A stretch of DNA of 64,000 bases from Leptolyngbyaceae cyanobacterium MO_188.B28 (lineage in GTDB: Bacteria > Cyanobacteriota > Cyanobacteriia > Phormidesmidales > Phormidesmidaceae), in assembly GCA_030065175.1 (NCBI GenBank), contig JASJDH010000001.1, positions 854 to 64,853 on the forward strand, in the 5' to 3' direction. A program made the position numbers and the translations under genes. Below, piece after piece: positions 44,565 through 55,081 of this stretch. The notes under the pieces were generated by a model. It made no database searches. It was given only the letters and a program-made list of their open reading frames with translations, and was not told where the DNA came from. The first letter of the stretch is position 1; each line of letters begins with the position of its first letter.

Positions 44565-45278
44565 TTGTCTTCATACAGTTCGCCAAGCGGTTTTACTCGA
44601 ATACTTCCCCAACTTTCTCCTCAGGCTGCGCCTCGCTTAGGGATTGGGCAAAGATGGTTAGTCTTTGCCGCAGCGATCTTTTTGATCGTGGCGCCTGTCT
44701 TTATTGAGGCTCCGTTGGTGAGAACATTCCCCTGGCTAAGTCTATCTCTGACGGTTGTTGGGTTAGGGGTTGGCCTATGGTTAATGTCTCGACCTGCGGC
44801 TCAGATTTGGGGCGATCTCCTTATTGGATTTAGTTGGATCTGGTTATCGGGTTCTATTTACTGGGGATGGTGGCGCTGGGAGCCCTTACTACATCTGCCG
44901 ATAGAGGCTGTCGCCTTGCCCATTGTTTTGGCTTGCCTGCTTTCTCAGAAAGGCAAAGTGGGGAGCTATTTTTATTTGGGTTCTCTGTTAGGGACAACGG
45001 TTACAGATATCTACTTCTACTGGGTGGATTTGATTCCGGCATGGCGGCAGTTGATGCAAGCTGAACCCAGTACGGTCCACTTCGTTCTTCAAGCCGCCCT
45101 AGATCAGATGAATACGGCTCAGGGAATTAGATGCGCAGAGATTTTGCTCATTTCGCTGTTGATTTTTGGGTTGCCCCCTTTAAAATCTAAGCAGCTTCAC
45201 TGGTGGGCGTTTTCCGGCGCGGTCTTAAGCACGATCCTAGTAGATAGTTTATTTTTCTTGGCGGCTCTTTTGGCTTAG
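44565..45278 (+). CDS. hypothetical polytopic membrane protein
   Basis: 237 aa with about 6 hydrophobic helices. TTG start with AAGGA 6-7 nt upstream. No family asserted. Confidence 0.55.
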   Translation: MSSYSSPSGFTRILPQLSPQAAPRLGIGQRWLVFAAAIFLIVAPVFIEAPLVRTFPWLSLSLTVVGLGVGLWLMSRPAAQIWGDLLIGFSWIWLSGSIYWGWWRWEPLLHLPIEAVALPIVLACLLSQKGKVGSYFYLGSLLGTTVTDIYFYWVDLIPAWRQLMQAEPSTVHFVLQAALDQMNTAQGIRCAEILLISLLIFGLPPLKSKQLHWWAFSGAVLSTILVDSLFFLAALLA

Positions 45279-45657
45279 TGCGCAAAGCTGGGCTTCCCAT
45301 CTGCTTAAGGGGTTAATGCTTGATGCCTTCCTTTTTTCCTTGTTGGATGGGTAACAAGTTTCCTTGGCCTCGATAAGGATTCACCCGACAACGATCAATT
45401 TGTCGACTGTCTCCAAACTTTACCGGGAATTGTTTCACCTCAGAAGCAAGAATTGTTTGGAAGGAGTCAGTAAAGCTGGCATGAACCCAAAAAGTCGGCT
45501 AAACTGAAGCCGCTGCCCTAGATTACAGCCTAGTGATTTTTTCTTTGGCATAATGAGTGCAGAATGCTTGTCTAAACCATTGCCCCCAGTGATGTTTTGA
45601 TTCGGTCTAGATATGTTGGTATTAAACTTTGAGGGGCTTTCTCAGAGATAGGTTTTA

Positions 45658-46668
45658 GTGGTTTCAGATTCTGTGGCGACTGCACAACCCGATCCCTATT
45701 TAGTACTGCAGACTGAGTCAGGAAAGCGTCACCTGTCTCTGGTTGGCAGTAATTGTTGGACGATTGGTCGAAGCGACGATAACAATTTTGTCCTTCCGGA
45801 TCGTTGGATTTCTCGTAACCACGCCATGCTCCAATGCATGGAAACCGGCGAATTTTATTTGATTGATTTGGGGAGTCGTAACGGCTCCTTCGTGAATGGT
45901 CGTCGTGTCAGCGTTCCTGTGACGCTCCACAACGGAGATATGCTAACCTTCGGCCAAACAGAACTCCAGTTTTATTGCCCGTCTGTTGAACCTCAGCCCA
46001 GTTCAAGCCTGAATACGATTGATTCTCAGGATTTTACGGCGACGGCGACGCTCCATGTCCGGCGCTTGATATCAGTGATGGTGGTGGACATACGGGATTT
46101 TACGGTGATGACTCGTCAATTGGATGAGAAAATCCTGTCAGAGGTGATTGGCACTTGGTTTCGCTGCGCCGGAGAAATTATTGGGGAGTATGGAAGTTGG
46201 GTAGATAAGTATATTGGTGATGCGGTCATGGCGGTCTGGATTCATGGCACTCAGGGGGTTGATTCCGATGAGATGCTGCGCATCGCTAAAGCGATTAGCG
46301 CCTTGCATAAAATGACCAGCACACTTTATGAACAGTATCCTCTGCCCTTTCCCATGAGAATTGGCGCCGGTTTGAATACGGGCTATGCGATGGTGGGTAA
46401 TACGGGGTCTGGCGATCGGCCAGACTATACCGCTTTGGGGGACACCGTCAACGCCGCCTTTAGATTTGAGTCTTCCACCAAACAATTGGGGCTAGATATC
46501 GCCATTGGGGAAACTACCTATGAGTATTTAACCCAGGTGGGCGCTAATGAAGAAATTTTCAAGCGATATACGGTCAATATGAAGGGGTATGAAACGCCTA
46601 TTTTGACCCATGCAGGCAGCTTTTCTGATTTGGATAGATTCTTGAAGATAAATGGGGATGATGAATGA
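45658..46668 (+). CDS. cya1: FHA-domain class III adenylate cyclase (Cya1-type architecture)
   Basis: 336 aa. FHA region WTIGRSDDNNFVLPDRWISRNHAML...YLIDLGSRNGSFVNGRRV. Cyclase region VMVVDIRDFTVMT...DKYIGDAVMAVW...GLNTGYAMVGNTGS...DYTALGDTVNAAFR. GTG start. Confidence 0.88.
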   Translation: MVSDSVATAQPDPYLVLQTESGKRHLSLVGSNCWTIGRSDDNNFVLPDRWISRNHAMLQCMETGEFYLIDLGSRNGSFVNGRRVSVPVTLHNGDMLTFGQTELQFYCPSVEPQPSSSLNTIDSQDFTATATLHVRRLISVMVVDIRDFTVMTRQLDEKILSEVIGTWFRCAGEIIGEYGSWVDKYIGDAVMAVWIHGTQGVDSDEMLRIAKAISALHKMTSTLYEQYPLPFPMRIGAGLNTGYAMVGNTGSGDRPDYTALGDTVNAAFRFESSTKQLGLDIAIGETTYEYLTQVGANEEIFKRYTVNMKGYETPILTHAGSFSDLDRFLKINGDDE

Positions 46669-46956
46669 TATCTCCGTTCGGTGAGCCGCCTTCTTTTTAG
46701 CCTTCGTTTCTTAGTTTAAACTCAGCGGTTAAGCGCTTCAAAGCGCCAGTGATCTCTGGCTTTGAATCCAGACGTGAAAAGAGTCATCAGCTACCCGCAT
46801 ATCGCTCCCAAGTCGCCGCTTTGAGCTTTCTACTGCTCCAATTTTCTCGACTTAAATTGGAGGCTAGAAGTCCTATTGGCGCAGATGAGATGGTAGGCTC
46901 TAATTAATGCGATGTATATAAATTTTGAATCCAACTTGAAGAGAGGAATAGGGTAG

Positions 46957-47385
46957 ATGAAACGATTGTTTAGCGTGTTAACCATCTTAGGGCTGTTAGT
47001 GGGCTGCCTGGGTTGGTTTAGCTTTCCTCAGTCTGCTAATGCTCAAGTGCTGCACGGCCTCAACTTTCGGACGGCTCCTATCTTGGCTGAAGATTATCGC
47101 AACGCGGTGGATGATAAGCTGTCTACAGCTTATGGCTCTAAGCTCGACTTAAATAATGTTAACGTCGCTGCTTTTATTCAATATCCAGGGCTTTATCCCA
47201 CCATTGCTGGCAAGATTGTTTCCCATGCCCCCTACAAGGCAGTGGATGATGTGCTCAATTTGCCTAATTTGAGCGAACAAGAAGTAAAAATTCTCAAAGC
47301 AAATTTAAAAAACTTTGCAATTACTCCGCCCGATCCTGCTCTGGTAGAAGGGGGCGATCGCTTTAATAATGGCGTGTATCGATAA
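46957..47385 (+). CDS. psbU: photosystem II 12-kDa extrinsic protein PsbU
   Basis: 142 aa. A signal peptide, then [48 protein letters not shown]...[16 protein letters not shown], a typical PsbU sequence. Confidence 0.93.
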   Translation: MKRLFSVLTILGLLVGCLGWFSFPQSANAQVLHGLNFRTAPILAEDYRNAVDDKLSTAYGSKLDLNNVNVAAFIQYPGLYPTIAGKIVSHAPYKAVDDVLNLPNLSEQEVKILKANLKNFAITPPDPALVEGGDRFNNGVYR

Positions 47386-47508
47386 GGATGCAGGCTAGAC
47401 GTTAACGTCTTCTCTTTTATCCGGATATCGCTTCTTGTAGAGTAGGTTAATTTACGGTTGTGTTTTTTGATTACCCCATCTACGAGGAGCGATTTTTCAT
47501 TGGCTAAT

Positions 47509-49200
47509 ATGGCCTCCACAGATTTACCCTTTCCGACCCGTTTTGACGTCTTGGTTGTTGGAGGGGGCGCTGCTGGTTTGTACGCCGCCCTCTGTTTACC
47601 CCCCTCTCTGAAAATTGGTCTAATTACTAAGGATACGTTTTCCCTCTCTGCAAGTGATTGGGCTCAAGGGGGAATTGCTGCTGCGATCGCTTCGAATGAT
47701 TCCTCCCAATTACATCGCCAAGATACGCTCAAAGTGGGTTGCGATCTCTGTGATCTCGATGCTGTCGATCTATTAGTAGATAAAGCCAGCGCCTGTATTA
47801 ACTCGTTGGTTGAGATGGGGGTTCTCTTTGATCGCCAGGGTGAGCGTTTGGCCTTGACGCTGGAGGCGGCTCATTCCCGCCCTCGGGTCCTGCATGCGGC
47901 TGACACGACTGGTCGAGCTGTGGTGTCCACCCTGACCGCTAAGGTGATTCATCGTCCTAACATCCAGGTTTTGCCCCAAACTTTCGCCCTAGAGCTTTGG
48001 CGAGATTCCGCATCGGGTGATTGTCAGGGCATGAGTTTAGCCTATCGTAATCAGATTGTTTGGGTGAGAGCAGGGGCTGTTGTCCTGGCGACGGGCGGCG
48101 GCGGCCAAGTTTTTTCCAAAACCACTAATCCCATTTCAAGCACGGGAGATGGCGTCGCCATTGCTTGGCGCGCCGGAGCGAAATTGCGGGATCTAGAATT
48201 TGTTCAGTTTCATCCGACAGCGCTCAATCAACCGGGAGCCCCCCGATTTCTGATTAGTGAAGCGGTGAGAGGAGAAGGGGCTTATTTGATTGACGCTTCA
48301 GGGCGACGGTTTGCCTTTGATTATCATCCTGAGGGTGAGCTTGCCCCTCGAGATGTGGTCAGTCGGGCCATTTTTAACCATTTGCGGCAAACAACGACCG
48401 ACGAAGACGCCCAAACGGCTTGGTTAGATTTGAGGTCGATCGAGCCAGAGCGGATGCGGCATCGTTTTCCAAATATCATCAAAGTGTGTCAGAAATGGGG
48501 AGTGGATCCGTTTTTAGAGCCGATTCCGATCTCACCGGCCGCCCATTACTGGATGGGCGGGATTGTCACTGATCTAGATAGTCGTACGTCCATTCCCCGA
48601 CTCTATGCCGTGGGAGAAAATGCTAGCACTGGTGTTCATGGCGCTAATCGGTTAGCAAGCAACTCACTGTTGGAATGCTTGGTTTTTGGAGCGCAGTTGA
48701 AATATTTACAGGTTGCTCCCTATGGCGCCAAAGGGGAGCAGGGTTCAATACCTGCAGCCAGTTTTGAGGAACCTATGAAACTTGCCCGGATGGATGCCTG
48801 GGAGGATGACCTTAATCAATTGCGGCGCTGGCGGCAAGATCTTTCTACGCTTCTGTGGCAAAGTGCGGGGATTTGTCGGGACCAGCCGACCATGGCGGCG
48901 GCTTGCGAACAGGTAGAACAGTGGCGTCAAGATTTTCAACGTTTACAGATGAGCCAAATCCTAGATCGGCTGCCCATTGGGAAAACGGTTGAAATAGATT
49001 TACCTGAAGGGGATCAATGCCTAAGAGTTTGGGCGGAAACCCGTAACCTTCTGGATATCGCCCTTTTAATTTTGAAGAGTGCTTTGTTCAGAACGGAAAG
49101 CCGGGGCGGCCATTACCGCAGTGACTTTCCGAAAACCGATCCCGCTTGGCGGGTTCATACTTTGGTTGAGGGAGATCAGCTGGGACAGTCGCCAGTTTAG
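47509..49200 (+). CDS. nadB: L-aspartate oxidase
   Basis: FDVLVVGGGAAGLYAAL, WAQGGIAAA, HPTA, RGEGAYL, HYWMGGI, GANRLASNSLLE and ESRGGHYR motifs. Start at ATG 47509 rather than the ORF-track start at 47458. Confidence 0.93.
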   Translation: MASTDLPFPTRFDVLVVGGGAAGLYAALCLPPSLKIGLITKDTFSLSASDWAQGGIAAAIASNDSSQLHRQDTLKVGCDLCDLDAVDLLVDKASACINSLVEMGVLFDRQGERLALTLEAAHSRPRVLHAADTTGRAVVSTLTAKVIHRPNIQVLPQTFALELWRDSASGDCQGMSLAYRNQIVWVRAGAVVLATGGGGQVFSKTTNPISSTGDGVAIAWRAGAKLRDLEFVQFHPTALNQPGAPRFLISEAVRGEGAYLIDASGRRFAFDYHPEGELAPRDVVSRAIFNHLRQTTTDEDAQTAWLDLRSIEPERMRHRFPNIIKVCQKWGVDPFLEPIPISPAAHYWMGGIVTDLDSRTSIPRLYAVGENASTGVHGANRLASNSLLECLVFGAQLKYLQVAPYGAKGEQGSIPAASFEEPMKLARMDAWEDDLNQLRRWRQDLSTLLWQSAGICRDQPTMAAACEQVEQWRQDFQRLQMSQILDRLPIGKTVEIDLPEGDQCLRVWAETRNLLDIALLILKSALFRTESRGGHYRSDFPKTDPAWRVHTLVEGDQLGQSPV

Positions 49201-49400
49201 TCGCCAGTCGATGCCGCTGCTTGGCCTTTGAAAGTAGCCTGAGAGTAAGTAAAGCGCCGCCGTAATTGCGATCGCATGGATAATTGTCGAGATCACTCTA
49301 TTGCTAGGTGGTTTACTAGATAGCTTACCCATAGGACATCTTGGCGAGTACGCTGCGGCTCTCTACCTCTCAGTTATCCTACATACGTCGAGGAATCGCT

Positions 49401-49488
49401 GTGATAAGACTAGCCAATATGGGTGATAGAGCTAGTTGGTTTCTGTGATAAGCCGAGCCAGATGGTGTGATGGAATAAGTGAATCTTA
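49401..49488. repeat. four degenerate 22-bp units, each starting GTGAT(A/G)(A/G)
   Basis: Unit starts are at 49401, 49423, 49445 and 49467: gtgataagactagccaatatgg, gtgatagagctagttggtttct, gtgataagccgagccagatggt, gtgatggaataagtgaatctta. The array lies in the gap between convergent nadB and the VKOR gene. Confidence 0.7.
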
Positions 49489-49757
49489 GTAATGCAGATC
49501 ACGAATGATGAAGGATTAGGTATCTAACAACGTCTATCTCGTGGCCAGGTAAATTTCTCACCTTAAGTAATTGGGCGTAATTAATAATTGGGCGTATCGA
49601 TCAGATCCGCCCAAATTTGAAGGTAGTTGAATCAAGGAAATCATGGCAGGCATATATACAGAATGAAGAGGTGAAAATCATTGAATGATGATTTTTGACC
49701 GCTGCATTCTTACCCAGAGAAAATGATCGCCCTTGGGTAGCTAGTCTGGAGCCTCAA

Positions 49758-50687
49758 TCAATTAGTAAAATTCCGAGGTCCGCTATACCCAGAGACATTC
49801 GCTAACGTGTCTAACGCCTGAGACCCTGAGTAAAACTGACCATTAATTTCCCAAGTTGGATATCCTCGGACTTCATCAATGGATCGACACAATTCGGTTT
49901 GGGGGTTTTGACCCTGGGAATCGCACTCGATATAAGGGATTTTCTTAGAGGCTTCCTTGCCAAAGAGTTGTTTTTGGTCATGGCAGTGGGGACACCACCA
50001 AGCGCCGTACATTTTGGCCCCGCTCTCCGTCAGATGATCTGCAAGCGCTAATTCGGCTTGTCCAGAGGAAGTTGTAATGGGATTCCCCGCTTCGCCTGGA
50101 ATCGAACTGGCTGTCCCGCCATCAGATGGCGCGTATATCGCAAGAGTTCCTGTCAGGACCACGACCAGGGAGATAACCCCGACAAACAGAAGTTGTCCAA
50201 CATCCTCCCAACGGCGGCCAAATAACGTCAGCGCCAGCATTGAAACGGTGAATAAAGCAGATGCGATGCAATAGAGACAGGCTGCTTTGATTTCAGAGGT
50301 CAGTATGTACATCAAGTAGCCGCTGAAGACTGCCATTGAGACCGAACCAATGAACAGTAGCAGCCAAGTCCAGCTTTCTAATTTCTGGCGGAGTTCTTTG
50401 TTTTGATCGGGATTAATTCCTAAGGGACTGACCGCCAAAATACCCATGCTGAGGTAGGCCAGACACCCAAAAAGGGTTAACGGTAGGCCAAACACTGTGG
50501 CATAGCGACTGGTAAGCACCAGATCACATCCCGAGGTGGGACAAGCGGCGCTTCCCCCCAGAAATTTTACAATGGTGAGGTAGGCTGTACCTGCAGCCCC
50601 AATCGACGCGATCGCTGCGATTAGCAGACGAGACCAACGATGAATCCAGGAAGTTTCCCGACGACGACTCATAGAACGGCGGCTCAT
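49758..50687 (-). CDS. vitamin K epoxide reductase homologue fused to a thioredoxin-like domain
   Basis: 309 aa. VKOR loop cysteines CPTSGC, TM CxxC (ACLYCIASA), five TM helices, and a C-terminal Trx-like domain with WWCPHCHDQK. Confidence 0.88.
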   Translation of the reverse strand: MSRRSMSRRRETSWIHRWSRLLIAAIASIGAAGTAYLTIVKFLGGSAACPTSGCDLVLTSRYATVFGLPLTLFGCLAYLSMGILAVSPLGINPDQNKELRQKLESWTWLLLFIGSVSMAVFSGYLMYILTSEIKAACLYCIASALFTVSMLALTLFGRRWEDVGQLLFVGVISLVVVLTGTLAIYAPSDGGTASSIPGEAGNPITTSSGQAELALADHLTESGAKMYGAWWCPHCHDQKQLFGKEASKKIPYIECDSQGQNPQTELCRSIDEVRGYPTWEINGQFYSGSQALDTLANVSGYSGPRNFTN

Positions 50688-50965
50688 AGGACCTTAAATA
50701 ACTAAGCAACGAATAACTAAACAGCGAAGAGGAAGTCCCTGATCTAACCGATGTTTCCTGGCATGGAACCCATCGTTCTCATGGAGCCGAATCAGAGTCC
50801 TACCCATTACACAACATCTTATTGGATCTCGCCTCATAAGGAGAGATTTGACAGGATAGTCAGCCTGGGACCATCCTGTCCCATCCTAGCTTGAGTCCTT
50901 TAATCAGGACTCCGTTCGCCTTGGTGATTTAAGCTGGACAAATCCCATCGGTGAGGATATAAAGC

Positions 50966-51847
50966 TCATGAATGCACCGCAACTAGGGGTTCTGAAACTA
51001 TTTCAGAGCGTTTGGAGAGCCCTTGTCGCATTGATTCTACAAATTGACCTACTCGGATCGGATCGATTGGCTGATCCATTTGTCCTCGCCGTTTTAGAGA
51101 GCTAGATACGATCACGCCATCTGCAGCTTGAATCAGTTTGGGAATATTTTCCACATTAGCCCCGCTGCCAATAAACACCGGCGTTCCATTCGCCGCCGCC
51201 TTCGCCAATTCTAAATCTTCCAGTAGGGGAGGACTGCCTGTGGCCCACCCTGACAAGATAACGCCGTCGGCTAAGCCTCTCTGAATAGTTTCCTGAACCG
51301 CTGTCGTTAGATTTGGCGAACCCAAGGGTCGCCCATGTTTTACTAACACATCAGCCAGAATTTTGACGTTGCTGTCTAATTCACGGCGATAGCGAAGCAA
51401 TTGATGGGCCTGACCTTCGATTAAACCTTGGTCTGTCGCCATGACCCCGGTTAAAACGTTAACCCGAATGAAACTAGCGCCTACACAGGTCGCGATCGCC
51501 AAGGCGCTATGGGCGTCATTTCGTAAAACGTTAATGCCAATTGGGAGAGTGACTAGTTGCATTACATGATGCACAATCAGGCTCATGGCGCTAACGACCG
51601 CGGGATCAACCCGATCCTTTGTAAAGGGCGCATCAAAGAAATTTTCGACAAGAATGCCGTCAACCCCTCCTGACGCCAATGCGGTCGCCTCTTGCTCAGC
51701 TCGCTCAATCGTCGCTTTCAAACTACCCTGCCAACGGGGAGACGTGGGCAAGGGCGACAAATGAACCACACCGATAGCTGGGTTTGGAGTTTTAAAGATT
51801 TGGTTTAAGTCCACTTGATGTATCGTCTCGGACTCCGCGATGTTCAA
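50966..51847 (-). CDS. btpA: BtpA/SgcQ-family protein (photosystem I biogenesis BtpA-like)
   Basis: 293 aa. IGVVHLSPLPTSPRW, GVDGILVENFFDAPF, NVLRND and SFIRVNVLTG are BtpA TIM-barrel family blocks. Confidence 0.9.
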   Translation of the reverse strand: MNIAESETIHQVDLNQIFKTPNPAIGVVHLSPLPTSPRWQGSLKATIERAEQEATALASGGVDGILVENFFDAPFTKDRVDPAVVSAMSLIVHHVMQLVTLPIGINVLRNDAHSALAIATCVGASFIRVNVLTGVMATDQGLIEGQAHQLLRYRRELDSNVKILADVLVKHGRPLGSPNLTTAVQETIQRGLADGVILSGWATGSPPLLEDLELAKAAANGTPVFIGSGANVENIPKLIQAADGVIVSSSLKRRGQMDQPIDPIRVGQFVESMRQGLSKRSEIVSEPLVAVHS

Positions 51848-52293
51848 AATAAGTCGTAACAGGACAGTGAGTTATTATTCCCAATTTACCCTAACAGGGA
51901 ATCTACCTTTTACGGTCTTTCTAACTCTTCCAATCCTTTCCAGGAATTATCGGCTAATAAGGCCAGGCTGTTAATTTAACGGATTTTCGGCTCCTGGAAG
52001 AATATTTTGAGAGATTCTTACTGTTAATTATGTATAGTTATGTTATGATACTTGACTAGAGATAGAAATTAACGTTGGAATGCTGGAGGATTTCATCAAG
52101 AGCCTCATTTTTAGTTTTTTTGAGGATCCTCTTACGATCACTGGCATGACTTTTAATTCTATGGGGTTGCGTTATAGGTGAGGCGCTGAGTTGTCCGTTG
52201 AGGATCGCTACGCCCTCATGGCCAAATTTCAGTTTCCCTGACATTGAAGTTGAATCGTTGAATTTATTTCTTAAGCCTTAGAAGTTTTTGTGT

Positions 52294-53640
52294 ATGAGGC
52301 ATAAACCAACCGTCGCGGTTGCTCATTTGGGCTGCGAGAAAAATCGCGTTGACACCGAACATATGCTTGGCTTGCTTGTCAAGGCTGGCTATGGTGTCGA
52401 TAATAGCGAGGAGTTGGCGGATTACGTCATCGTTAATACCTGTAGTTTCATTGAGTCTGCTCGACAAGAATCTGTCCGTACCTTGGTTGAGTTAGCGGAG
52501 GCGAACAAGCGAATTGTTATTGCGGGCTGCCTGGCCCAGCATTTTAAGGATGATTTGCTAGAGGAGCTGCCGGAAGCAGTTGCCTTGGTCGGAACGGGAG
52601 ATTACCACAAGATTGTTGAGGTGATAGAGCGGGCGGAAGCAGGTGAGCGAATAAAGGCGATTTCAGAGCAGCCTACCTACATTGCCGACGAAACAATTCC
52701 CCGATATCGAACCACCTCTGAGGGCGTCGCCTATCTGCGAATTGCCGAAGGGTGCGACTATCGGTGCGCTTTTTGTATTATTCCCCATTTACGGGGCAAT
52801 CAGCGATCCCGACCGATTGAGTCAATTGTAGCTGAGGCGAAACGACTGGCTTCGGAAGGGGTTCGGGAACTGATTTTGATATCTCAAATCACCACCAATT
52901 ACGGTGTGGATATCTACGGTAGGCCCAAACTGGCGGAGCTTTTGTGGGCTTTGGGAGAGGTGGATATTCCCTGGATTCGGATGCATTACACCTATCCCAC
53001 CGGTCTGACCCCCGACGTGATTCAAGCTATTCAGGAAACTCCGAATGTCCTGCCCTATTTAGATCTTCCTTTGCAGCACTCTCACCCAGAAATCCTCCGA
53101 GCCATGAATCGGCCTTGGCAAGGGCGGGTTAATGACAGCATCGTTGAACAACTAAAAAGTGCTTTACCGGATGCTGTAATGCGCACTACCTTCATTGTCG
53201 GTTTCCCCGGGGAAACGGATGAACATTTTGAACATCTGCTGCAATTTGTTCAACGCCATCAATTCGATCATGTGGGTGTTTTCACCTTTTCACCCGAGTC
53301 TGGAACGCCTGCTTTTAACTTGCCGAATCAACTTTCCCAAGTCGCTAAGGACCAGCGTCGGGAAGAGTTGATGTTTGCTCAGCAGGAAATCTCTTTCCGC
53401 CGTCATCAGTTAGAAGTTGGCAAGGTTGTAGATGTCTTGATCGAGCAGGAAAATCCGCTGACGGGCGATTTGATTGGCCGATCAGCTCGCTTTGCGCCTG
53501 ATGTCGATGGTCTTGTCTATGTCAAAGGGACAGCTACGCTCGGTAAACTCGCCCGTGTGGCGATTGAGGCGGCTGACACCTATGACTTATATGGTTCAGT
53601 TTATTCCGAGACGCCTGCATCGGCGTCTTTTGTTCAATAG
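52294..53640 (+). CDS. rimO: ribosomal protein S12 methylthiotransferase RimO
   Basis: N-terminal UPF0004 cysteines ([21 protein letters not shown]), radical-SAM motif [10 protein letters not shown], and a C-terminal TRAM domain. ATG at 52294 (the ORF track starts at TTG 52288). Confidence 0.88.
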   Translation: MRHKPTVAVAHLGCEKNRVDTEHMLGLLVKAGYGVDNSEELADYVIVNTCSFIESARQESVRTLVELAEANKRIVIAGCLAQHFKDDLLEELPEAVALVGTGDYHKIVEVIERAEAGERIKAISEQPTYIADETIPRYRTTSEGVAYLRIAEGCDYRCAFCIIPHLRGNQRSRPIESIVAEAKRLASEGVRELILISQITTNYGVDIYGRPKLAELLWALGEVDIPWIRMHYTYPTGLTPDVIQAIQETPNVLPYLDLPLQHSHPEILRAMNRPWQGRVNDSIVEQLKSALPDAVMRTTFIVGFPGETDEHFEHLLQFVQRHQFDHVGVFTFSPESGTPAFNLPNQLSQVAKDQRREELMFAQQEISFRRHQLEVGKVVDVLIEQENPLTGDLIGRSARFAPDVDGLVYVKGTATLGKLARVAIEAADTYDLYGSVYSETPASASFVQ

Positions 53641-53653
53641 TTAAGGAGACTCA

Positions 53654-55081
53654 ATGACCCTTTCTTTCACCAGCCTTGGGTTATCTGAAGCACATGCGCG
53701 TCATTTAGAAAAAATCGGCTTCACAGCGCCCACTCCCATTCAGGCTCAAGCGATACCTCATCTTCTGTCAGGTCGAGACGTCGTCGGTCAAGCGCAAACT
53801 GGAACGGGCAAGACGGCAGCTTTTTCATTGCCGTTGTTAGAGCAAATTGATACGGCCAATTCCTCTGTTCAAGCACTGATTTTGACGCCGACGCGTGAGT
53901 TGGCTGTTCAGGTCTGCCAGTCTATCCTTAGCTTCAATGACAACCGCCGCCTCCAGATTATGGCTGTTTATGGCGGTCAATCGATTGAGAGGCAATTGCA
54001 ACGGTTAAGAAGAGGCGTTCATCTTGTCGTGGGAACTCCTGGTCGAGTTTTGGATTTGCTGAGTCGTGGCAGTTTGAAACTGGATCGACTGAATTGGTTG
54101 GTTTTGGATGAAGCAGATGAAATGTTAAACATGGGCTTCATTCAAGATGTGGAGAGAATTTTGAATCAAGCCCCGCCTGAGCGACAAACCGCTTTCTTCT
54201 CCGCCACCATGGCTCCGCCGATTCGAGAATTGGCGGCCAAGTTTTTACGATCCCCGGTCACCGTCACGGTGGAACAGCCCAAAGCCGCCCCCGCGAAGAT
54301 TAATCAAGTGGCTTATGTGGTTCCCCGAGGGTGGACGAAAGCCAGATCATTACAGCCCATTCTAGAAATGGAAGATCCTGAATCCGCCTTGATTTTTGTC
54401 CGGACTCGGCGGACAGCAGCGGATCTAACCCGTCAACTTCAGGCGGCTGGCCATAGTGTGGATGAGTATCACGGCGATTTGACTCAGTCGCAACGAGAGC
54501 GGTTGCTATTGCGGTTTAGGCAGCGTCAGGTGAGATGGGTGGTAGCCACCGATATCGCCGCTCGGGGATTACATGTGGAAAACTTGACCCATGTGATCAA
54601 TTACGAGCTGCCCGATAGCCCTGAAAGCTATGTTCATCGAATTGGCCGTACCGGTAGAGCTGGTAACGAGGGCCGAGCGATCTCCCTGGTCAGTCCACTA
54701 GAAAAATATAAGCTGCGCCAGATTGAGAACCATATTCATCAGAAATTGGAGTTTGGGAAAATTCCAACTCGAGCTGAGATTGCCGCCCGTCATCTGGAGA
54801 AGTTACAGACCCAGATTCAAGAAGCGATTGTGGGTGAGCGCATTGCTTCCTTTTTACCCATCGTGTCTCAGTTGAGTGAAGAGTACGATCCCCGTACGAT
54901 TGCCGCCGCCGCCCTACAAATGGCTTACGATCAAACTCGTCCATCTTGGATGAGATTAGACTCTAAGCATGCTGACAATGACTCAAAGTCACATCCAAGA
55001 TCTGCGGGGTCTCCTCCCAAACCCAAAAAGGTTATCAAACGAGTTGGAACTTCCACTTCCGTCCAACGGGATCCAGGATAG
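53654..55081 (+). CDS. crhR: DEAD-box RNA helicase (CrhR-type)
   Basis: 475 aa. Q-motif FTAPTPIQ, AQTGTGKT, PTRELA, DEAD, SAT, ARGLHV and HRIGRTGRAG. AAGGAG lies 5 nt upstream. The start is 13 nt after the rimO stop. Confidence 0.9.
   Translation: MTLSFTSLGLSEAHARHLEKIGFTAPTPIQAQAIPHLLSGRDVVGQAQTGTGKTAAFSLPLLEQIDTANSSVQALILTPTRELAVQVCQSILSFNDNRRLQIMAVYGGQSIERQLQRLRRGVHLVVGTPGRVLDLLSRGSLKLDRLNWLVLDEADEMLNMGFIQDVERILNQAPPERQTAFFSATMAPPIRELAAKFLRSPVTVTVEQPKAAPAKINQVAYVVPRGWTKARSLQPILEMEDPESALIFVRTRRTAADLTRQLQAAGHSVDEYHGDLTQSQRERLLLRFRQRQVRWVVATDIAARGLHVENLTHVINYELPDSPESYVHRIGRTGRAGNEGRAISLVSPLEKYKLRQIENHIHQKLEFGKIPTRAEIAARHLEKLQTQIQEAIVGERIASFLPIVSQLSEEYDPRTIAAAALQMAYDQTRPSWMRLDSKHADNDSKSHPRSAGSPPKPKKVIKRVGTSTSVQRDPG

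Noticed and set aside
52056-52244. A 62-aa minus-strand ORF (MSGKLKFGHEGVAILNGQ...) in the btpA-rimO spacer, considered as a possible antitoxin-like small gene.
   Set aside because: No partner toxin ORF is present, no family motif is recognisable, and no Shine-Dalgarno sequence is evident. I keep it only as a low-probability candidate. The neighbouring 52264-52467 ORF overlaps rimO and is rejected outright.
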